Positions 39,418 through 49,800 of a stretch of DNA of 64,000 nt are shown here, one piece after another (within the stretch, counting starts at the first letter, position 1; each line of letters starts with the position of its first letter). Origin of the DNA: an uncultured Rikenellaceae bacterium. Lineage in GTDB: Bacteria > Bacteroidota > Bacteroidia > Bacteroidales > VadinHA17. The translations under genes were made by a program, and so were the position numbers. Below the pieces are notes generated by a model. That model searched no databases. It was given only the letters and a program-made list of their open reading frames with translations, and was not told the DNA's origin. The DNA is taken from assembly GCA_964535035.1 (NCBI GenBank), contig CAZHRV010000118.1, positions 943 to 64,942 on the forward strand, in the 5' to 3' direction.

Positions 39418-40503
39418 TTTCCAGGGTTCATACTTTTGATTTCTTCTCGTCGGTATGAAACCCGCTTCCCTGATCATTGACTGAAGTTCTTTGGCGCTGA
39501 ACCGGTATTTTGCCCCGGCAGCACTTACAACATTTTCTTCTATCATTATCGAACCAAGATCATTGGCTCCGGCGTGCAGCGAAAGCATACCAGTCTCTTT
39601 ACCTACTGTAAGTACTGAAGCCTGTATATTCCTGATATTATTCAGAATGATCCTGCTGATGGCTATTATTCTTATGTAGTCGGGATTGTTAAAGCTGCTT
39701 CTAATCCCATATTTGCTCCTGAGCAGTGTGTCTTCATCCTGAAAAGGCCATGGGATAAAGGTAATGAATCCATATTGTTCATCCTTTTTTTCTGCCTGAA
39801 GCTCCCTGAGCATGATGAGATGATCTATCCTCTCGGCAATTGTCTCTATATGACCATACATCATTGTTGCAGAAGTCGGCAAGTTAAGTTCATGTGCAAC
39901 CCTCATCACTTCAATCCATTCCTCTGCTGTTGCCTTTAAAGGCGAAACAATCTTCCTGACCCTGTCAGAAAGAATTTCAGCTCCAGCACCGGGAAGGGAA
40001 TCCAGTCCGGACTCTATAAGCCGGCAAAGAATATCATGGCAGGATGTCTTCTCCTTCTTTGCAAGATATACTATTTCAGGTGGTCCGAGGGCATGCAGTT
40101 TAAGTGATGGATAGAGTTCCTTGAGTTTCATGAAAAGATCTGTATAATAATTCAGACCAAGGTCAGGATTCATACCCCCCTGTAAAAGAAGCTGATCTCC
40201 CCCGATTGAATACAATTCATCAATTTTTTTGATGTAATCTTCTGTTGTTGTGATATATGCATCAGTAGCTCCTTTCTTTCTGCAAAAATTGCAAAACATA
40301 CACTGGGAGAAGCAAATATTGGTTATGTTCACGTTCCTGTCGATCATCCATCCGACACTCTTTCCGGGATTGTGGTGCTGCCTGAGTCTGTCGGCAACAA
40401 AAACAAGTTCTTCCAGTGGAGCCTGAGTGTAAAGGACAACACCTTCCTCAGCGTCGAGAGGAATAAGACTTAGTGCTTTGTCATATATCTGACTGATAAC
40501 CAA
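39415..40503 (-). CDS. Radical SAM enzyme of the MqnC/MqnE/CofH family (futalosine-route menaquinone biosynthesis type)
   Basis: It has the C-x3-C-x2-C cluster NICFSQCMFCNF, plus LLLQGGMNPDL and a C-terminal TIM-barrel extension typical of the family. I cannot separate MqnC from MqnE by eye. It uses a TTG start. Confidence 0.7.
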   Translation of the reverse strand: MVISQIYDKALSLIPLDAEEGVVLYTQAPLEELVFVADRLRQHHNPGKSVGWMIDRNVNITNICFSQCMFCNFCRKKGATDAYITTTEDYIKKIDELYSIGGDQLLLQGGMNPDLGLNYYTDLFMKLKELYPSLKLHALGPPEIVYLAKKEKTSCHDILCRLIESGLDSLPGAGAEILSDRVRKIVSPLKATAEEWIEVMRVAHELNLPTSATMMYGHIETIAERIDHLIMLRELQAEKKDEQYGFITFIPWPFQDEDTLLRSKYGIRSSFNNPDYIRIIAISRIILNNIRNIQASVLTVGKETGMLSLHAGANDLGSIMIEENVVSAAGAKYRFSAKELQSMIREAGFIPTRRNQKYEPWK

Positions 40504-40660
40504 ACTATTTTCAATATACTGTTTAAAGCCCCCTTCAGGCCTGCACTGACCGAAGCGTCAGTGGGGTTTGGGGGTCTGACAACCTTTGCAAAGGTAACGC
40601 TTTGAAACCGAAACAATCAATAATTTGATTAACTTTACTCCTTCAAAAAATCAACGAAAA

Positions 40661-42118
40661 ATGAAGCCCGAAATAAAACTGATACCCGCTATTTCACCCG
40701 AACAATCAGTAATATGCATACTTGGAAAAGAGAGGATACCCGAAAGCCTTCGGCTGAACAAGACTGAAAAAGAGTATGCCCTGAAACAACTGCGGGCAGG
40801 GGAGGAATATGTTTTTATTAATTCTTATTTTAAATGTACCTACCTGGTAAAAGTCAAGGATGACGTAAGCAACTATAAAACGAGGGAGGAATTGAGGAAA
40901 ACAGCTTTCAAACTCAGAAAACTTATCAGATCAAATGACCATACCGAACTGGCAATAACTTCGTGGGATGCATATAAGGGAGCAATTGAAGATTTTACTG
41001 AAGGGCTCATTCTCAGCTTCTATAGATTCAACAAATACAGGACAAAAGAGGCTGAGGATGAAAAGAAAAACTACCCGTCAAAGCTGCTTTTATCAGGTGA
41101 TGTTGACAAGGCTGATATTGACTGGCTGACATATACCACAGATGCGGTTTATCTTGCCCGCGATCTGATACATGAACCTGTTAATTACCTTACTGCAGCA
41201 AAGCTAGCATCTGTAATACAGAAAACAGGAAAATCGGCTGGATTCAGTGTTGAGGTATTGAATAAAGGGAAGATCGAAGCGCTTAAAATGGGCGGGCTTC
41301 TGGCGGTAAACAGGGGAAGTGTAGATCCGCCCGCATTCTGCATTCTTGAGTGGCATCCCGAAAAAAGCCTTAACAAAAAGCCGATTGTCCTGATCGGAAA
41401 AGGCATTGTATATGATACCGGCGGACTTAACCTTAAAACCGGTGATTACATGGCAATGATGAAAGGTGATATGGCCGGTGCAGCCACTGTAACAGGGGTA
41501 CTATATGCCGTGGCAAAATACGGTATCCCGATTCATGTCATTGGCCTGATACCGGCTACCGATAACCGGCCGGGGGGTAATGCCTATACACAGGGTGACG
41601 TCATAACCATGCATAATAAATTGACTGTTGAAGTTGGAAATACTGATGCCGAGGGACGTCTGGTTCTGGCAGATGCATTAAGCTATGCATCAAAATATCA
41701 GCCCGAACTGATAATAGATGTTGCTACACTTACGGGTTCTGCAGCTGTTACTTTTAGCAACCAGGCTATTGCATTGATGACAAATGCAGACAGGAAGTAT
41801 ATTTCTCTTCTTGAAGAATGCGGAAATATGGTATATGAAAGGATTGCCGAACTTCCTTTCTGGGAAGAGTACGGAGAAATGATCAAATCGGATATTGCCG
41901 ATATCTGGAACATCGGAGGACATGAAGCGGGGGCGATTACTGCAGGAAAATTCCTCGAGCATTTTACAAAATACCCATTAATCCATCTTGATATTGCCGG
42001 AACAGGACTACTGAAGAAAGATGATTTTTACAGGCTGAAACTGGGACCTGCTTCAGGATTACGGCTGCTTGCTACATTCATGAAAATGCTTACAGCAGAT
42101 TATAAAAGAAAGAAGTGA
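40661..42118 (+). CDS. pepA: Leucyl aminopeptidase (M17)
   Basis: It carries the NTDAEGRLVLADAL signature and VGKGIVYDTGGLNLK. I prefer the ATG at 40661 (MKPEIKLI..) over the TTG at 40625. Confidence 0.9.
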   Translation: MKPEIKLIPAISPEQSVICILGKERIPESLRLNKTEKEYALKQLRAGEEYVFINSYFKCTYLVKVKDDVSNYKTREELRKTAFKLRKLIRSNDHTELAITSWDAYKGAIEDFTEGLILSFYRFNKYRTKEAEDEKKNYPSKLLLSGDVDKADIDWLTYTTDAVYLARDLIHEPVNYLTAAKLASVIQKTGKSAGFSVEVLNKGKIEALKMGGLLAVNRGSVDPPAFCILEWHPEKSLNKKPIVLIGKGIVYDTGGLNLKTGDYMAMMKGDMAGAATVTGVLYAVAKYGIPIHVIGLIPATDNRPGGNAYTQGDVITMHNKLTVEVGNTDAEGRLVLADALSYASKYQPELIIDVATLTGSAAVTFSNQAIALMTNADRKYISLLEECGNMVYERIAELPFWEEYGEMIKSDIADIWNIGGHEAGAITAGKFLEHFTKYPLIHLDIAGTGLLKKDDFYRLKLGPASGLRLLATFMKMLTADYKRKK

Positions 42119-42123
42119 TAATT

Positions 42124-43230
42124 ATGGAAACCAGTACAATAATAGCAGGAATTTCACACGGAGATATTAATGGTATAGGTTATGAGGTAATTATCAAAGC
42201 CCTCATGGACACTACAATTAACGATTTTTGTGTGCCGGTGGTATATGGATCCCCCAAGGTAGCTGCATATCATCGCAAGGCGCTGAATATTGACAATTTC
42301 AGTTTTAATAATATAAAATCCCCTGAAGAGGCCAACAATAAAAGGGCAAATATGATCAATTGTCTGGATGACAATGTAAGGGTTGAACTGGGGAAATCAA
42401 CCCGGCAGGGAGGGGAATCAGCTCTTATCTCTCTCGAAGGAGCAGTAGAAGATCTGAAGAACGGAAAAATACATGTGCTGATTACCGGACCAATAGATAA
42501 GAAAAATATGCAATCGGAAAGTTTTGCCTTTTCAGGACATACGGAATACCTGAAATCGAAATTTAATGCAGATGAGGTACTGATGTTAATGATCAGTGAG
42601 AACATGAAGATAGGTTTTGCCACAGGTCATGTACCTCTGAAAACGATCGCAGGAATGCTGACCATCGACTCGGTGGCAAATAAGATAAGGATGTTGAATC
42701 ATTCACTGATCCTCGATTTCGGGATTCGTAAACCGCAGATAGCCGTTCTGGGACTCAACCCGCATGCAGGCGATGACTCACTTCTGGGAACCGAAGAGGC
42801 GGAAATAATTATTCCAGCCATGAAACAAACCGATAAAGAGGGCATAATGACCATTGGCCCATTCGCGGCAGATGGTTTTTTTGGAGCCGGATCATTCAGC
42901 AAATTTGATGGCATACTGGCTATGTATCATGATCAGGGACTTGCACCGTTTAAGGCGTTATCATTTGATTCCGGAGTTAATTTTACTGCCGGTTTGCCAT
43001 TCGTAAGAACATCACCGGTACATGGAACAGCTTTTCATATGGCAGGTAAGGGTGAGGCATCTGAGAATTCATTCCGGCAGGCAATATATCTTGCTTGCAC
43101 TATTTATAAAAACAGGCAGATGTATGCTGAACTGACAAAAGATCCGTTGAAGCCTCAGGATATAGAAACACACAGTGATAAAGTTGATGAGTTACCCCCT
43201 GATATTTTTAATGCTGAAAACAATTTATGA
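42124..43230 (+). CDS. pdxA: 4-hydroxythreonine-4-phosphate dehydrogenase
   Basis: GHTEYL, LGLNPHAGD and RTSPVHGTAF are PdxA motifs. The start is either ATG 42124 or GTG 42115. Confidence 0.9.
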   Translation: METSTIIAGISHGDINGIGYEVIIKALMDTTINDFCVPVVYGSPKVAAYHRKALNIDNFSFNNIKSPEEANNKRANMINCLDDNVRVELGKSTRQGGESALISLEGAVEDLKNGKIHVLITGPIDKKNMQSESFAFSGHTEYLKSKFNADEVLMLMISENMKIGFATGHVPLKTIAGMLTIDSVANKIRMLNHSLILDFGIRKPQIAVLGLNPHAGDDSLLGTEEAEIIIPAMKQTDKEGIMTIGPFAADGFFGAGSFSKFDGILAMYHDQGLAPFKALSFDSGVNFTAGLPFVRTSPVHGTAFHMAGKGEASENSFRQAIYLACTIYKNRQMYAELTKDPLKPQDIETHSDKVDELPPDIFNAENNL

Positions 43231-43808
43231 TCGATTATATTAAAGGAACAATAACCCGGATCACGCCTGCATTTCTGACAATCGAAACATCAGGAGTAGG
43301 CTATTTCATTAATATCTCTCTCTCATCTTATTCAAAGCTGGAAGGTAAAAGCGAATATAAATTGCTTGTACATGAAGTTATCAGGGAAGATAGTCATCAG
43401 CTTTTTGGCTTTGCCGACAAGGAAGAAAGGGAAATTTTCAGACTACTGATATCAGTAACAGGAGTTGGAGCATCTATGGCCAGGATGATGCTTTCATCGC
43501 TGAGTCCCGCAGAAATAGAAAAAGCAATAATAGAATCTGAAGTCAACTCTCTGAAAAGTATCAAAGGTATAGGATTGAAAACTGCTCAAAGAATAATCGT
43601 TGACCTCAAAGATAAACTTGGTAAATATGCAGTAACCGGCGAAATATTTGCATTTTCAGACAATACAAAACGAGAAGAAGCGTTATCAGCATTAGTAATG
43701 CTTGGGTTTGCCAAAAGCACTGTCATTAAAGTACTTGACACTATTTTGCGGGAAAACAAAAACCTGACTGTCGAGGATCTTATAAAAAGGGCGCTTAAGA
43801 ACTTGTGA
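43227..43808 (+). CDS. ruvA: Holliday junction branch-migration complex subunit RuvA
   Basis: It begins MIDYIKGTI....P....IE..GVGY, has the HhH motifs (ISVTGVGASMARMMLS, IKGIGLKTAQRII) and is 193 aa. Confidence 0.9.
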   Translation: MIDYIKGTITRITPAFLTIETSGVGYFINISLSSYSKLEGKSEYKLLVHEVIREDSHQLFGFADKEEREIFRLLISVTGVGASMARMMLSSLSPAEIEKAIIESEVNSLKSIKGIGLKTAQRIIVDLKDKLGKYAVTGEIFAFSDNTKREEALSALVMLGFAKSTVIKVLDTILRENKNLTVEDLIKRALKNL

Positions 43809-43826
43809 CACTGAATATTAGCCGGA

Positions 43827-46800
43827 TTGGGATCAAGGATATCACATAAACATATTCTGGTATTATTATATCCTGTGCTGATTGCTTCTTTGCTGTTTGC
43901 CTCACCAGAAGCCTTCAGCCAGGTGTCTGTTCAGACTGGTGATACCACCCGGAAATCAGTACTAAAGCTGGAAGATGTTTCAGGTATACCCTGGGAACAG
44001 ACAAAAAAAGCCCCGCTCTTTCTTGATAATCCTTCAAATATTACATCTACCGTGATCTATGATCCGGATAAAAATGAATATGTTATTTATAAAAAAGTTG
44101 GATCATTTGATTACCGTACACCGGTGCACATGAGCCCCGAGGAATATAGAAAATATGAATATACACAGGCAATGCGCGATTACTGGCAGTCGAGGATCTC
44201 CGGAGATGAATCAGGCTTCAGATCAACACTTATACCTCAGATAGAAATAGGCGGAGCTGCATTTGACAAGATATTCGGAAGCAATACCATAAACATCATC
44301 CCGCAGGGATCCGCTGAACTGATATTCGGGATCAATATATCGCGTACTCAAAATCCTACCCTTTCCGAAAAACTGAGAACCATTCCCACTTTCGACTTCA
44401 AGGAAAAGATACAGATGAATGTCACCGGAACTATTGGTGACAAAATGCAGCTGGGTGTTAATTATAATACTGATGCATTATTCGATTTTGAAAACAGGAC
44501 CAAACTCCAGTATTCCGGAAAGGAGGATGAGATACTTAAAAAAGTTGAGGCCGGAGATGTAACTCTCCCGCTCACAGGAACCCTGATCACAGGGAGCTAC
44601 AGCCTCTTCGGACTTAAAACAGAAATGCAGTTCGGTAAACTTACCGTTACTACTGTCCTTTCGCAACAGAAAGGTGAATCCTCTGTTGTACAGGTTGAGG
44701 GAGGAGCCCAGCTGACAGATTTTGAAATATTTGCGGATGAATATGAGGCAAACAGACATTTTTTCCTTTCCCATTATTTCAGGGATATCTATGATGAAGC
44801 ATTGAAAAGTCTGCCGATTGTCAGTTCAGGAGTCAATATTGAAAGGATTGAAGTATGGGTAACCAATAAAACAAGCCGTTTTGAAGAGGGGAGTAACCGT
44901 AATATTGTGGCATTCATGGACCTGGCGGAAAACAGAAATCATATTTACAACAATATCACTGAATTCCAGGAGACATCCGGAACCCCGTTATATCCTGACA
45001 ACGACGCAAACAGGTTGTACGAACAGTTAAATACTGTATACACAGATGTAAGAGATGTTGACCAGGTAACCAATGCATTTGACCCTCTATATCCGGGATT
45101 TCAGATTGGACGTGACTATGAAAAAATTGAAAATGCCCGGAAACTTAATGAGAGGGAATATACTCTCAATAAACAACTTGGATATATATCCCTTAATACT
45201 GCCCTGAATACAGATGAGGTACTGGCAGTTGCATTTGAGTACACAATAAACGGAAAGGTATATAAGGTAGGAGAGTTCTCGACTGACGGGATTACTGCAC
45301 CCCAGACTCTTTTTCTGAAACTGCTCAAAGGAACAACACTAACTCCAAAACTACCGACCTGGAACCTGATGATGAAGAACATTTATTCGCTGGGATCAGG
45401 CAAGCTTGAGAAAAGTGATTTTGAGCTGAATGTACTTTATCAGGATGACGAAACCGGTAACTCGATAAACTATCTGCCGGAAGATAAGCTTGAGGATCAG
45501 ATACTCCTCCAGATGATGGGCCTTGATGTTCTGAATTCACAACTTGACAGGGAATCGGATGGTTATTTTGATTTCGTTGATAATGTGACTGTTATAGTTG
45601 ACAGGGGTAAGATAGTCTTTCCTGTTCTCGAACCTTTTGGAAGTCACCTTAGAAAAAAGATAAATGACTCGAGACTGGCAGATAAATATGTGTTCCAGGA
45701 ATTATATGATTCAACCCAGACTATAGCCAGGCAAATGGCCGAGAAAAATAAATTCGTTCTTGAAGGACAATATTCTTCTCAATCAGGATCTGAAATACAA
45801 TTGAATGCGATAAACATACCCAAGGGATCGGTCATAGTAACAGCAGGCGGAGTGACTCTTACAGAGAATGTTGATTATACGGTAGATTACAATATGGGCA
45901 CTGTAAGTATTATCAATGCTGCGCTGATTGAATCTCAAACACCTATTCAGGTTTCGCTTGAAAGCAACCAGTTCTTTGGATTTCAGACAAAAACCCTTGT
46001 GGGAACACACCTCGATTATCGTTTTGCTGACAATTTTAATGTCGGAGGAACCATACTCCATCTTAATGAAAGACCATATACACAGAAGGTTAACTACGGT
46101 GAAGAACCTATTTCAAACACTATCTGGGGATTGAACACATCGTATAAAACAGAATCCCGGATGCTTACGAATATTATTGACAATATACCCCTTCTTGATA
46201 CAAAAACTCCCTCTTCATTTTCATTCTTCGGGGAATTCGCCCATCTTATACCCGGTCATTCAAAGGCTATTTCAAATGCCGGCAATTCATATATCGACGA
46301 TTTTGAGGCAAGTGAGATCCCTCTTGACCTTAAATCATTCAATGCATGGACGATTGCAAGTATTCCCCAGGGGCAGGACTTTCTTTTTCCGGAGGCTCGA
46401 TTTAATGATGATCCTGTAACGGGTTATAACAGGGCCAGGTTGGCATGGTATGTTATCGATCCGATATTTCTGAGGAACGGCACATCAACTCCTGATCATA
46501 TTAAAGATAATCCCGATACCCAGTCAAGCCACTTTGTGAGGGAGATCTATGAGAATGAGATCTTCCCCTACCGTGAAAGTACAACAGGAATACCCACAAA
46601 TATCACCGTGCTAAACCTTGCATATTATCCCGACGAAAAGGGACCTTACAATTTCGACACTGATCCGGGTCCCTATTCGGATGGCATGAACTCCGAAGGA
46701 AGGCTGAATGACCCGCAATCGCGGTGGGGAGGTATTATGAGAGAGGTTCTCACCAGCGATTTTGAAACGGCAAATATTCAGTATATAAAGTTCTGGCTTA

Positions 46801-49800
46801 TGGATCCGTTTGTTGAGAATCCGGATCATGAGGGCGGCGATCTGTATATAAACCTGGGTAATATATCGGAAGATATTCTAAAGGATTCAAGAAAAAGTTT
46901 TGAAAACGGACTGCCCGGATCTCCCGATCCTGTAAATGTGGATACGACTTCATGGGGAAGAGTTCCGACAGTACAATCTGTAGTGAATGCTTTTGATAAT
47001 GACCCTGATTCGCGCCTGTACCAGGATGTGGGTTTTGACGGCCTGAGGAACCAGGATGAACAGACATTCTTCACAGATTATCTTCAGAAGGCTGAAACTA
47101 TAACCACACCGGAAGTATACAGTAAAATCTTTGATGATCCCTCGGGAGATGATTTTCATTATTTCAGGGGATCAAATTACGATTATCAGGAGCTTGGAAT
47201 TATTGAAAGATATAAGAATTACAACGGACAGGAAAACAATTCACCAACCTCGGAAATGTCGTCGGAGCCATATCCAACCTCGGGATCGACACTACCCGAT
47301 ATGGAAGACATAAACCGCGATAACACCCTTAACGAAACAGAAAGCTATTATCAGTACAGGATAAGTATAAGGCCCGGAGATCTTGTAGTTGGGACAAATT
47401 TTATCGTGGACGAAATAGAGTATGAGGCTACATTCGCAAATGGTGATAAATCGAGTGTGAAATGGTACCAGTTTAAGGTTCCAATTACTGATTATCAGAA
47501 GGTTATAGGTACAATCAGTGATTTTAAATCTGTCAGGTTCATGAGAATGTTCCTCAGGGGTTTTAATGAACCAGTGATAATGCGGTATGCTGACCTTGAC
47601 CTGGTAAGGGCTGAATGGAGGAAATACAATATCTCATTCATGGAAGGTGGTGAGAGGATTACTTTGCCGGAAGCAACTGACGGAACCTTTGAGATAAGTT
47701 CGGTTAGCATTGAGGAGAACTCGGGCAAAGAGCCTGTTAATTATGTTCTTCCTCCGGGATTCGACAGAATAACCGATCCTTCGAATCCTCAGCTGAGACA
47801 ACTTAATGAACAGTCCATGGTCATCAAGGTTCAGAACCTTGAAGATGGTGATGCCCGTGCAGCATTCCGAAATGTCAGTCTTGATATCAGGCAATACCGG
47901 CGGCTTCGGATGGAAGTCCATGCTGAAGCACTCATAGGGCAGCCTCTCATGGATGGCGAACTGACAGCCTTCATAAGGATAGGGTCTGACTATAAAAGCA
48001 ATTTCTATGAATATGAGATTCCGCTAACCCTGACGCCCCCGGGACGGTACGACAATAAGTCAGACGCCTCAAGAGCAATAGTGTGGCCTGAAAAAAACAG
48101 CTTCAACATCGATCTGTCGATATTCCAGGATGCCAAACAGGCAAGGAACAGAAAATTACTGGAGGAGGGATCATCATTAAGTGTTTCAGATGTTTACGTA
48201 TATCTGAGTGAAGGACACAGGATCTCTGTCTCAGGAAACCCCAATCTCAGCAATGTGAAGGTCATTATGATCGGAATTAGGAATCCCATTCGGACAAGAA
48301 ATCCCATAACGGATGACGGTCAGCCTAAATGGGGGGAGGTATGGGTAAATGAACTGCGGCTGAACGATTTCATTGAAAATGGAGGATGGGCAGCCAATGC
48401 CCACCTGCAGGCCCGTCTGGCAGATCTGGGAACTGTTGATGTAGTTGGTCAGACAAGTACTCCCGGATGGGGAAGTATAGATAAAAAGGTGAATGAACGC
48501 AGCAAAGAACAGGTAATGAAATATGACCTTTCATCAACGATTGAACTCGGAAAATTCTTTCCTGAAGAGGTCGGGGTAAGGCTTCCTGTTTATGTCGGAT
48601 ATTCCGAAACAAGGATCAGTCCCCAGTATAATCCGCTCGATCCTGATATCCTGCTCCAGGATGCCCTCCGTAATGCTGAAGATAATGCTGCAAGGGATTC
48701 AATAAAGAGTATCTCAGAAGATTTTTCAAGAAGAAAGACAATCACCGTCAGTAATGCAGGAATATCAAAAAGAGGAGAAAAACCTCATGCATGGGATATC
48801 GCTAACCTGAGCGTCAACTACACCTATAACGAAATATACCGAAGTAATATTAAAACAGAAATAAACCTTGAGAAAAACTACCGCGGCGGACTCGCTTATA
48901 ACTACCAGGCACAACCCGCAAATGTTGCCCCCTTTAAAAATATGAAATTCCTGAACAGCCCGGTATTCAGGCTGGTAAAGGATTTTAATTTCTATGTTTT
49001 TCCAAAAAGCATCTCTTTCAGAACCGACCTGATACGTTATTATAATGAGGTGAAAACAAGGAACATAAATAATCCTTATCTGCGCATTACGCCAACCTAC
49101 AGAAAAGACTTTGAATGGAGCAGGATATATGATTTCAAATATGATATTACCCGCCAGCTTAAGATCGATTTTACAGCAACAAACCTCGCAAGAATAGATG
49201 AACCTGAAGGTGGGGTTGATAAGGAAAGGTATGGTAACAGATATGATCTCTGGCGTGATTCGGTAATGACAAATCTGAAGAATTTTGGAAGGACGACAAC
49301 ATATAACCATTTCATAAATGCAACATATACTATTCCTGTTAATAAGCTGCCTCTGCTCTCCTGGGTAAATGCCAATGCCCGTTTCGGGGCGGATTATACA
49401 TGGCTGGCCGGTCCTCTGTACCCCGATACCATGAATATAAACATCGGTAATTCAATCAAGAACCATAATGAACTTACATTTACAACCATGGCAAACCTTG
49501 CAACACTCTATGGCAAATCAAGGTTTCTTAAGAATATCGAAAACAATACCCGCCCTGATGCCGCACAAAGGAGGAAACCTGAATACAGAACAGTAACATA
49601 CACAAGAAATAATGTGAATTTCAGACCGAATGCCGTGCGGGGAATAGTACATAGCCTCGGAACAACAGACATAAAAGTTAAAGTAGTCAGTAATACAGGC
49701 GAAGAGGTTAAAGGGAACGTTGATATTGTCAACAGCTCCAGGATCAACTTTACAACCTCAGAACAGATCGATGGAGCAAATGTAACCATAGAAGGACGTG

